A stretch of 29,820 bases of DNA from a virus (taxonomy: Duplodnaviria; Caudoviricetes), in the IMG/VR virus record IMGVR_UViG_3300043630_000005, positions 1 through 29,820 of that record, one strand, 5' to 3'. Positions 8,793 to 15,774 of the stretch are shown one piece after another. The notes below the pieces were generated by a model. The model made no database searches. It was given only the letters and a program-made list of their open reading frames with translations, and was not told the origin of the DNA. The stretch's first letter is position 1. Each line of letters begins with the position of its first letter. The position numbers were made by a program, and so were the translations under genes.

Positions 8793-9206
8793 TCAGGTGC
8801 CGCCGCCCACAAGGTACTCGATCTGGCTCACGCCGGACGCCTCGAGCAGCGTCAGGTAGTTCGCGTCTGGGAACTCCATGATCACGGTTCCCTGAACAGG
8901 AATAACTGATACCACGTCCGGGCCGGAGTCGGCCTTCGTCGAAACGCGGATGTTGATCTTCGTCTGCGCGCGCAGGTAGAGGAAGACGCCCTTGACGATC
9001 GTCGACGTCGGGCCGACGCCTTCTAAGGTGACGAACGTCGGGCTCGGCGAGTTCAGGCTCCGCGCGAGGCGGATGCTTTCCGCAACCGCCTTCTGCGTCG
9101 GCGACGTCGTGATCGGGATGTTGTCGACGGTCGCGGGGAAGCCGCAGTCGCTGGAGCCGAGCGGCCCCGCGATGAGACTCCCCGAGAGGTTGATCGCCGT
9201 CGTCAT
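8793..9206 (-). CDS. Putative small beta-rich structural protein
   Basis: 137 aa, Ser/Thr-rich, alternating hydrophobic pattern. Confidence 0.6.
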   Translation of the reverse strand: MTTAINLSGSLIAGPLGSSDCGFPATVDNIPITTSPTQKAVAESIRLARSLNSPSPTFVTLEGVGPTSTIVKGVFLYLRAQTKINIRVSTKADSGPDVVSVIPVQGTVIMEFPDANYLTLLEASGVSQIEYLVGGGT

Positions 9207-9208
9207 CG

Positions 9209-9577
9209 TTAGATCTTGAACGGCTTCTTCGCGACGGCGCCCGCGTCAGGGCCGCCGCCGTGGTGGTCGACCGTCGCCTCGCTCGCCGGCGTCTCGAAGC
9301 CGCCCTCGTTCCCCTCGTAGGAGTGCGAGTCGACCTTCGGGAACGGGAGCCTGCCGCCTTCCGGGACGGAGTCCTTGCAGTAGTCCGGCTCGCCGGATTG
9401 CTGCGGCCGGTTCTGCTTCGTCACGTCGAAGCCTCCGCCGGTCTTCGGGCCGCTGCCCTTGCCGTCGGTCACGAAGTCGTGGCCGCCCTCGGAAGCTCCG
9501 GCTGACGTCGCGCCGTCTCCGTTGCCGAACGGCGGCTGTGCCGGGTTGCCCACGTTTGCTTTGCTTCCTTCGCCCAT
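9209..9577 (-). CDS. Disordered Gly/Asp-rich protein ending AKKPFKI (paralogue 1)
   Basis: 122 aa; AAGGAG SD; shares ordered motifs with 9591-9818. Confidence 0.75.
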   Translation of the reverse strand: MGEGSKANVGNPAQPPFGNGDGATSAGASEGGHDFVTDGKGSGPKTGGGFDVTKQNRPQQSGEPDYCKDSVPEGGRLPFPKVDSHSYEGNEGGFETPASEATVDHHGGGPDAGAVAKKPFKI

Positions 9578-9590
9578 GACTCGCTCCTTC

Positions 9591-9818
9591 TCAGATCTTG
9601 AACGGCTTCTTCGCCGAGTGGTCCACCGAGCCGTCGTGCTCCTCGCGCGCGACGCCCGCGGGTGGCCACGGGATCGGCGGGTTGTTCTCCGGCACGGTGT
9701 CGACGGGCTTGCCGTTGACGCCGAGCGGGTCCTTGTGCGGAACCGGGCCCTGCTTCTCGCGAGTGACCTTCGCCGACTGCTCGGCGGGGCTCGTCAAGTT
9801 TCCGAACGGCTTGCCCAT
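9591..9818 (-). CDS. Disordered Pro-rich protein ending AKKPFKI (paralogue 2)
   Basis: 75 aa; start moved to ATG 9818 (track gives 9824) because TTGCGA-17-TAGAGC ends 6 nt upstream. Confidence 0.75.
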   Translation of the reverse strand: MGKPFGNLTSPAEQSAKVTREKQGPVPHKDPLGVNGKPVDTVPENNPPIPWPPAGVAREEHDGSVDHSAKKPFKI

Positions 9819-9824
9819 GACCAA

Positions 9825-9887
9825 GCTCTATCAGGCGATGGGCGGGCTCGCAACGAGACCCGGGACGAGAACCCGGGATCACGCCGC
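9825..9887 (-). promoter_or_regulatory. Promoter TTGCGA-17-TAGAGC with upstream palindrome (copy 1)
   Basis: -10 9825-9830, -35 9848-9853; GACGAGAACCCGGGATCACGCCGC at 9864-9887; a degenerate second site CGAGACCCGGGA at 9854-9865. Confidence 0.7.
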
Positions 9888-9890
9888 GTC

Positions 9891-10568
9891 CTACGGCATC
9901 TCCTCGTAGAAGACCTCGATGGTGATCGAGCCCGCGGTGAGCGCCGCGAGGTTGTGTCCGGCGTCCGGCGTGAAACGCGCGCCGAGCTGCTGGCCGGACA
10001 TGATCGTCGGCATCGTCTTCGACGCGGGCGGGGTGCCGGCGTTCTGGTCGTACTGCGCGCCCGCGGCCGCCGCGCCGAACGCGTCGAACTGCTTGACGAG
10101 CGCGTCGACGACCGTGCCGCCGACGTCCACCTTCACCGCCGTCGCACCGCCGCCCGTGAACTGCGTCGTGAGCGTGATGAGGACCGCGTAGGGCATCGCG
10201 CGCGCGGGAAGGAGGCCGGACGCGAGCGCGGACGGGATGTTGATCGTCTGCGCGACGCCGTTGCCCGCCTGCGTGAGCTGGCCGGTTCCGAACGCCACGA
10301 CGAGCGTCGCCTTCTGCATCGTCTTCTGCATGCGGGAGTCCGCGAACGACGCCATGATCGTGTCGAGCGAGGACTCGCTTGCACCCTTCAACCGCGCGGT
10401 CATGGCGATCGCCGCGCCGGCGGCGACGACCGCGTCGGCGGCCGGCCAGAGGATTCCGCCCGCGGAGATGATCGGCGCGGTGTTTGTGACCGTGTCGTCG
10501 ACCAGCTCCCCGGCGAGGAGCTTCGTGGTCCCGATGATGGTCGTGTTGATCAGGTAGAACTTGGCCAT
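9891..10568 (-). CDS. Putative head decoration/fibre protein
   Basis: 225 aa; first ~75 aa align by eye with the N-terminus of 20254-21939; beta-rich C-terminal domain; GGAG SD. Confidence 0.65.
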   Translation of the reverse strand: MAKFYLINTTIIGTTKLLAGELVDDTVTNTAPIISAGGILWPAADAVVAAGAAIAMTARLKGASESSLDTIMASFADSRMQKTMQKATLVVAFGTGQLTQAGNGVAQTINIPSALASGLLPARAMPYAVLITLTTQFTGGGATAVKVDVGGTVVDALVKQFDAFGAAAAGAQYDQNAGTPPASKTMPTIMSGQQLGARFTPDAGHNLAALTAGSITIEVFYEEMP

Positions 10569-10592
10569 GTCGAAGGCTCCGTTGTTGATCCA

Positions 10593-10621
10593 TCCGTACC
10601 AGGCGCCCGCCGCGCCCGCAA
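10593..10621 (-). promoter_or_regulatory. Possible promoter TTGCGG-17-TACGGA
   Basis: Intergenic; same TTGYGN -35 and 17-bp spacing as other candidate promoters; -10 imperfect. Confidence 0.4.
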
Positions 10622-10623
10622 CG

Positions 10624-12294
10624 TTAGACCGGGCTCCAGGTCGCGGCCTCTAGGACGCGAAACAAGAACGGCTCGCTCTCGAAGTTCCGCGGGCCGAAGA
10701 GCGTGTCCACCTGCCCGAAGGCCCGGACCTTCCATTCCCCGGCGATCGCGAAGCTCGCCTCGAACGCGTACTTCCCGAGCCCGATGTGCGTAATCGTCCC
10801 GAGTTGGGAGGAGTCGACCTCCTGACCACCCGGCGTGAGTAGCGTCGCGGAGATGACCGCGGCGTCCGTCGGCGCCATGGAGGGGGCGATCGAGACGTCG
10901 ATGACGATGAGCGCGGGGACGCCGGTTCGGATCATGGTCGCTGGCAACGTGATCGTAACACCGACGAGCGGGCGGACCGAAGTGGTGGCGGCCCCGTCCG
11001 GCGCCGGCGAGATCGCGACGAAGGCGGACGGCTCCGCGGTGAGGAAGACGAGCGCGTCCGGCCCCGGCGTGATCGTGACGACGGATAGCGGGAGGACGCT
11101 GCACCGCGCGATCGGGATGATCTGCGGCGGGACAAAGACGGCGCCGACGACGAGAGCGAAAGTCTGCCGGAGAGCGATCGGGAGGGACGCACGCGGGACG
11201 CGGGAGGGGAAGACGGAGACGGCGAGGTCCGGCGCCGGCGCTGGAACGAACGGACTGAGCGAGACGTCGCGCGCGAGCTGGGGCCGCGAGACCGCGCGCG
11301 GAATCCGGTCAGGGAAGGTCGGCGGGGTGAGCGGGACCTGGTCTACGAACGGGTAGAAGGCGAACGCCTGCTGGCGCGCGGCGGCGAACGACGGGCGCGG
11401 GATCCTCTCCGGGTACTGCGGCTGCCACTCGAGCTGGACGACCTCTTCGGGGACGAAGCCGGCGGCGAAGGCGAGCTGCCTCTCTGCGCGGAAGATCGGT
11501 CGGTCGATCCTGTCCGGGTACCAAGTCGCCGCGATCTGCGTCGTCTGCTCCGGCTGCGGGGACGTCGCGAAGAAGAGGCGCGCCGCGATCGGTTGGTCCG
11601 CGCGCGGGATCCTGTCCGGGTAGCTCGGAGCCCAGTCGCGCTGAATCGCCTCCTCCGGCTGGACGGGCGCTGCGAAGAACTGCTGGAGGCGCACGGGCAT
11701 TAGCGCGCGCGCGGCGCGGTCCGGATACGAGGGCTGCCAGTCGAGCGGGGCCGTGTCTTCCGGGCGCGGGGCCATCGCGAAGAACGCATGCGCGTTCGCC
11801 GGCGTCTTCGCGCGCGCGGCGCGGTCCGGGTAGTGGGGCTGCCAGTCGAGCTGGATCGCCTCCTCCGGCTGCGGCGACGTCGCGAAGAAGAGGTGCGCGC
11901 TCGAGGGGGTCTTCGCGCGCGGGGCTCGGTCGGGGTAGCTCGGAGCCCAGTCGAGTTGGACCTTCTCCTCCGGCTGCGGCGACGTTGCGAAGAAGAGGTG
12001 CGCGTTGGCGGGGAGCTTCGCGCGCGTAGCCCTATCGGGATAGTGCCCCTGCCAGTCCATCGGCAGCGGGCCCTCCGGCTGCGGCGCCATTGCGAAGGAT
12101 TGCTGGAGGTGCGCGCGCGTCGGGGTGCTGATTCGGTCGGGGTAGCTTGGCGGCGTGATGTTCGGGACTGCCGCCGGCGGCTGCATCGCCTGGAACGCGT
12201 AGAGCTGCCGCGCGAGCGACGGGACGCGCGGGATGAAGTCCGGGTAGGTCGCTAGGTGGAAGCCCTGACCGAACCGGCGTAGGAGGAGCGACAC
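10624..12294 (-). CDS. 35-aa tandem-repeat protein with C-terminal Ig-like domain
   Basis: Repeats of DWxPxYPDRxxRAxxPxxAHLFFATSPQPEExxQL; C-terminus (TITHIGLGKYAFEASFAIAGEWKVRAFG) looks like a beta-sandwich. Confidence 0.8.
   Translation of the reverse strand: MSLLLRRFGQGFHLATYPDFIPRVPSLARQLYAFQAMQPPAAVPNITPPSYPDRISTPTRAHLQQSFAMAPQPEGPLPMDWQGHYPDRATRAKLPANAHLFFATSPQPEEKVQLDWAPSYPDRAPRAKTPSSAHLFFATSPQPEEAIQLDWQPHYPDRAARAKTPANAHAFFAMAPRPEDTAPLDWQPSYPDRAARALMPVRLQQFFAAPVQPEEAIQRDWAPSYPDRIPRADQPIAARLFFATSPQPEQTTQIAATWYPDRIDRPIFRAERQLAFAAGFVPEEVVQLEWQPQYPERIPRPSFAAARQQAFAFYPFVDQVPLTPPTFPDRIPRAVSRPQLARDVSLSPFVPAPAPDLAVSVFPSRVPRASLPIALRQTFALVVGAVFVPPQIIPIARCSVLPLSVVTITPGPDALVFLTAEPSAFVAISPAPDGAATTSVRPLVGVTITLPATMIRTGVPALIVIDVSIAPSMAPTDAAVISATLLTPGGQEVDSSQLGTITHIGLGKYAFEASFAIAGEWKVRAFGQVDTLFGPRNFESEPFLFRVLEAATWSPV
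11190..12170 (-). repeat. Coding tandem repeat, 105-bp period
   Basis: CCAGTC (Asp-Trp codons on the minus strand) at 11632, 11737, 11842, 11947 and 12052, exactly 105 bp apart; degenerate units on both sides; boundaries approximate. Confidence 0.9.
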
Positions 12295-12297
12295 GCG

Positions 12298-12651
12298 CTA
12301 CTCCTTCTTGGGCGGCGCTCCGTCGGGCGTCTGGAGGATGTTCACGCCGAGCTTCTTCGCGAGCGCCATCAGGACTTGCTCCGGCGTCCACGTGTCCATC
12401 TCGGCCGGCAGCTCCTTGGACGGGAAGGGCGCGGGGGATGGCTTGACGAGCCGCTCTGCGTCTTTGAACTTCGGGAAGGTGCCGCAGAGCTTGTCCCAGC
12501 ACACAGAGCAAAGCTCGTGCTCGTCGTGCGCCGTCCCAACGTCCGCCGGCGTCGCCGCGTAGACGCAGACGCGGGCGGGCCAGTCGCCCGCGCGCGCGAG
12601 AACGATCTCGACTCCGCATGCGTCGCAAACTTTTTTCTCGATCGTGCTCAT
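12298..12651 (-). CDS. Small zinc-finger-like protein
   Basis: True start is probably ATG 12651 (ATGA overlap with the upstream stop): MSTIEKKVCDACG...ELCSVCWDKL. Confidence 0.7.
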   Translation of the reverse strand: MSTIEKKVCDACGVEIVLARAGDWPARVCVYAATPADVGTAHDEHELCSVCWDKLCGTFPKFKDAERLVKPSPAPFPSKELPAEMDTWTPEQVLMALAKKLGVNILQTPDGAPPKKE

Positions 12652-13301
12652 GGGAACGCCGTCAGCTCCTCCCAGTAAACAGCAACGTAGCCGTTCCACG
12701 TGCCCGTCGCCGGAACGGTCGCGCGGATGATGAAGCCCTCGTTCTGGGCGAAGACCGGCGGCCACTCTGACGCGGTGTCCGGGTCGTATAAGAGCTGCTG
12801 GCCCACGAGCTGGGCGGAGTTCGCCGTCGCGTTGACGGTGAAGTTCAGCGACGCGAACGCGTTCGCGTCGAGCGTCCTCGTCCCGGCCGTTAGTGTCGCC
12901 GTCGTCGACATGCGGAGGTCGGTGACGAGTGAGGTGCCCATCGCGGTTTTGAGCTTCTGGTTGTTGCCCGTGATCGTGACCGCGCCGCCTCCCGTATCGC
13001 TCGCGGTGAACGAGCGCGCGAGGAACATCTCGAGGAGGCCGTTGCCGGCCGTGAAGGCGGTCAGGGCTTGGATGCCTACGCGGACGCTGCGAATGAGGCA
13101 GAAGCGCGTCGCGTCTCCCCAGCGGAAGGCGAAGATCGGGGAGGCGGCCGCGAGGCCCGCCGCCATCGTGCCGGTGACTGGGTTCGCGCGGTAGGCTCCG
13201 AGCGAGCCGACGTCGAGCGGCCGCTGCGCGACGCGGAGCGCGCGGTGGTTCGCGTCGACCTCCGCGATGACTCCGCCGTTGCCGATGATTGCTAGGCCCA
13301 T
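12648..13301 (-). CDS. Putative structural (decoration/spike-base) protein
   Basis: 217 aa, Ala/Thr-rich, beta pattern, ends ...GFIIRATVPATGTWNGYVAVYWEE. Confidence 0.65.
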   Translation of the reverse strand: MGLAIIGNGGVIAEVDANHRALRVAQRPLDVGSLGAYRANPVTGTMAAGLAAASPIFAFRWGDATRFCLIRSVRVGIQALTAFTAGNGLLEMFLARSFTASDTGGGAVTITGNNQKLKTAMGTSLVTDLRMSTTATLTAGTRTLDANAFASLNFTVNATANSAQLVGQQLLYDPDTASEWPPVFAQNEGFIIRATVPATGTWNGYVAVYWEELTAFP

Positions 13302-13304
13302 CTC

Positions 13305-13637
13305 TTACGGTCCGTTCCAGACCCATCCTACAGACCAGAGCCCGTAAAGTCGCATCCCGTCCGCGGTCGGGGAACCGCCGCCGGGGTTGTCCTCGACGAT
13401 GCCGTAGATGTCGAAGTTCGGGGTCGGCGCCGTCCCGACGAAGACCGCGCGGACCTTCATCGGCGCCACGGTGTGCTCGTCCGCGGAGTGGTCCGTCGTC
13501 GCGAGGGGGATGAGCCACGCCTCGATGAGCTGCGTCGGCGGGCCGACGAGCCCTGTCTGCCCGGCCACGTTGACCTTCGTGTCCGTGCTCCCGGGGAAGG
13601 CCCCGAAGTCCAGCGTCGCGGTTCCCTGCGCTCCCAC
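13305..13637 (-). CDS. Putative small structural protein
   Basis: 110 aa, tightly packed between neighbours. Confidence 0.6.
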   Translation of the reverse strand: MGAQGTATLDFGAFPGSTDTKVNVAGQTGLVGPPTQLIEAWLIPLATTDHSADEHTVAPMKVRAVFVGTAPTPNFDIYGIVEDNPGGGSPTADGMRLYGLWSVGWVWNGP

Positions 13638-13638
13638 G

Positions 13639-13887
13639 TCAGCCCGATGCCGCGCGGAGGAGCTTGTCGCGTCGCTCGATCGCCTCGAGCTTCTTCTCGA
13701 ACGGCGCGCACGTCTCGTAGCACTTCAGCTTGTCGCAGATCGGCGCGTCGCAGAGCTTGCACCGGCTCGCCTCCTTGCCCTGCGGGGGCGCGTGGAGGCC
13801 GTTGCAGTGGCAGCACGTGATGGTGTCCCGGACGGTCTCCCTCCCGTCCCGCTCCGTCGCGATCATGTACCCGCCCGCGCGGCGCAC
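13639..13887 (-). CDS. Small Cys-rich (zinc-binding) protein
   Basis: CCHC...CKLC...ICDKLKCYETC; fills the gap between neighbours. Confidence 0.7.
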   Translation of the reverse strand: MRRAGGYMIATERDGRETVRDTITCCHCNGLHAPPQGKEASRCKLCDAPICDKLKCYETCAPFEKKLEAIERRDKLLRAASG

Positions 13888-13890
13888 GGG

Positions 13891-14286
13891 TCACTCGCCC
13901 GTGGGGGCGGCGCGGTCGACGAAGACGAGGACGCGCTGGAAGATTCCCCCGGGGTGCTTCGGGTCGTGGTGGCCCTGAACGGTCGCCGTGACCCGGCCGC
14001 CCATCGCCGCCGCGATCGTCTCCGCCGCGTCGATGCCCGCCTTCATCTGCGCCTGGACCTTCGGGAGCTTCTCGCGGATGGCGTCGGCCGCCGCGTCGCC
14101 CTGCTTGCCGAGTTCGCGGACGAGCGCCGCGTCCGCGTCCTTCGGGGCCTTCTTGACGATCTCGCGCGCGGCCGCCTCCGGGGCGGTGTCCGCATGGTGC
14201 TTCATCGAGTCCTCGAGGACGCCGCGAAGCTCCTTCGCCTCGCACCCGTCCGCGCCCAGAACGCCCGTGTCGATCGTCCAGAACAT
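13891..14286 (-). CDS. Hypothetical protein
   Basis: Start revised to ATG 14286 (MFWTIDTG...), 2 nt after the upstream stop, with GAGGAG SD. Confidence 0.65.
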   Translation of the reverse strand: MFWTIDTGVLGADGCEAKELRGVLEDSMKHHADTAPEAAAREIVKKAPKDADAALVRELGKQGDAAADAIREKLPKVQAQMKAGIDAAETIAAAMGGRVTATVQGHHDPKHPGGIFQRVLVFVDRAAPTGE

Positions 14287-14288
14287 GG

Positions 14289-14738
14289 TCACTGCTCCTC
14301 GAATTGTGCGCCGGCGTCGAACGAGAGCGCGGACGTGGCGGAGAGTCCGACGATGAACCCGGTGCTCGCCGTCGCCGGGATGACCAGCTCGCTGTAGGGG
14401 GCGGCGACCCAGCGGAAGCTCGCGCGCTGGTTGAGCGGCTCCGCCCAGACGAAGGCGCCCGCCGTCAGCGTCGGGTCCGCCGTGACCGTGTCCTTCGCGA
14501 CCGTGGAGGCCGCCGGGGTGTCCGCCGGGTCGAGCGCGTTCGGCGTGAGCGCGGAGCCCGTGCCGGCGCTCGTGCAGCGCTGGATGATCCACGTGAACGC
14601 GTTGTCCGCCGGCGAGGCGCCGCAGCCGAAGCCGACGTCGTAGAGCTTCGCGCGACGCGAGCTGGCAGCAGCCGCGACGAGGATCAGGACGCTCTGGACG
14701 ACCGCCGCTCCCTTGTTCGCCTTCACACCTAGCTTCAT
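14289..14738 (-). CDS. Putative structural (decoration/spike-base) protein
   Basis: 149 aa, Ala/Thr-rich, ends ...GFIVGLSATSALSFDAGAQFEEQ; GAGGA SD. Confidence 0.65.
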   Translation of the reverse strand: MKLGVKANKGAAVVQSVLILVAAAASSRRAKLYDVGFGCGASPADNAFTWIIQRCTSAGTGSALTPNALDPADTPAASTVAKDTVTADPTLTAGAFVWAEPLNQRASFRWVAAPYSELVIPATASTGFIVGLSATSALSFDAGAQFEEQ

Positions 14739-14759
14739 GACTGTTCCTCGGTTCGCTCA

Positions 14760-14788
14760 AACGTACGCGGGCCGCGCCGCGTCTTCAA
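14760..14788 (-). promoter_or_regulatory. Putative sigma70-type promoter TTGAAG-17-TACGTT
   Basis: -35 14783-14788, -10 14760-14765, upstream of the SD of the 14738 gene. Confidence 0.55.
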
Positions 14789-15771
14789 CCTTTGCCGAAA
14801 GACTTGAGCGGGACGGTCGTCATGTTCGGCCGCTCCGGCACGGACTTCTTCCGGCCCTCCGCGCGCCACCGCTGCGCGATCTCGGACGGGCTCCTCCACG
14901 CGAGCGCGCGCGGAAGCGGCCACGACGTCCGGTGCGGCACGACAACCTCGCGATCGTTGGGCCGGTTCGGCGGGTGCTGGTAGAGGCCGAACCACGACTC
15001 GAACGCCTGCTCCGGCTTCCGGATCTGCCCGTGGACGGCGAAGGAGTCGGAGCCCGTCCGCTCGTCGAACGTCGCGCAGAGGATCTTCACCATGTCGCCG
15101 AGCTGCTCGTCCGCCTCGCGGATCGTCTCCCAATGCGCGCGGTTGTGGGCGCCCATGATCTCCGTCCGGACGATGCGCTCCGCCCAGTGCGCCGGCGCCT
15201 GCTGGAGGAACGGGCTCTTCTCGATCAGGCTCGCGCGGACGTCCGCCCACGGCCGGCGGGAGACGAGCCCGACGCGGAGCTGCGTCTCGAAGTGCGCGAC
15301 GACGGACGCCCCGTAACGCGCGAGGACGCCGCGGCCGGGCTCCCCTGGCTCGCCCGCGAGGCGGTGGAGGATCGATCCCCGGGCGCCCTCGCGCGCGGCG
15401 TCGAGCATGGACGCCTCCTTGAGCGCGAGCGGTTGCGAGCCGACTCCGCGAAACTTCTTGTCGAGCGCTTCCAGGTACTCGGACGTCCCGCGCGCGGCCT
15501 CGTCCGCCGCGTTGCCGCCGACGTCGAGGATCGTCTCCGCGAGCCCTGGCGCGAGGTCCGCGAGCGTCTGCCTGACCTGCGCGAGCGTGGACCGGAGCTG
15601 CGCCACCGTGAAGCTCCGGTCGCCCGGGCCGGCGACCGCGGAGCGAAGGCGCTCCGTGAGGTCGCGCTCCGCCGCCTGGAGGAGCTTCCGCGTCCTGCCG
15701 ACGCCGCCCTCCTCCGCAGAGGCGATCGCGTTCCGCCGGTTGACCTCAAGGACCTCCTGCGGGGAGGCCAC
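14785..15771 (-). CDS. Phage minor head (morphogenesis) protein, MuF/SPP1 gp7 family
   Basis: AERIVRTEIMGAHN, ATFDERT...VHGQIR, HPPNRPNDRE motifs; directly downstream of the portal. Confidence 0.85.
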   Translation of the reverse strand: MASPQEVLEVNRRNAIASAEEGGVGRTRKLLQAAERDLTERLRSAVAGPGDRSFTVAQLRSTLAQVRQTLADLAPGLAETILDVGGNAADEAARGTSEYLEALDKKFRGVGSQPLALKEASMLDAAREGARGSILHRLAGEPGEPGRGVLARYGASVVAHFETQLRVGLVSRRPWADVRASLIEKSPFLQQAPAHWAERIVRTEIMGAHNRAHWETIREADEQLGDMVKILCATFDERTGSDSFAVHGQIRKPEQAFESWFGLYQHPPNRPNDREVVVPHRTSWPLPRALAWRSPSEIAQRWRAEGRKKSVPERPNMTTVPLKSFGKG

Positions 15772-15774
15772 GGG

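Noticed and set aside
11190-12170. Regularly spaced repeats as a possible CRISPR array or DGR template/variable repeat pair
   Set aside because: Period is 105 bp (35 codons), in frame, with protein-level conservation and no unique spacers; no cas or reverse transcriptase gene in the window.
12652-14760. Long N-terminal extensions in track ORFs 12298-13518 and 13891-14760 (likewise 21998-23083, 26419-27234, 27099-28364, 28506-28961, 28700-29572)
   Set aside because: Extensions overlap better-supported genes in other frames; starts were moved to coupled or SD-supported codons.
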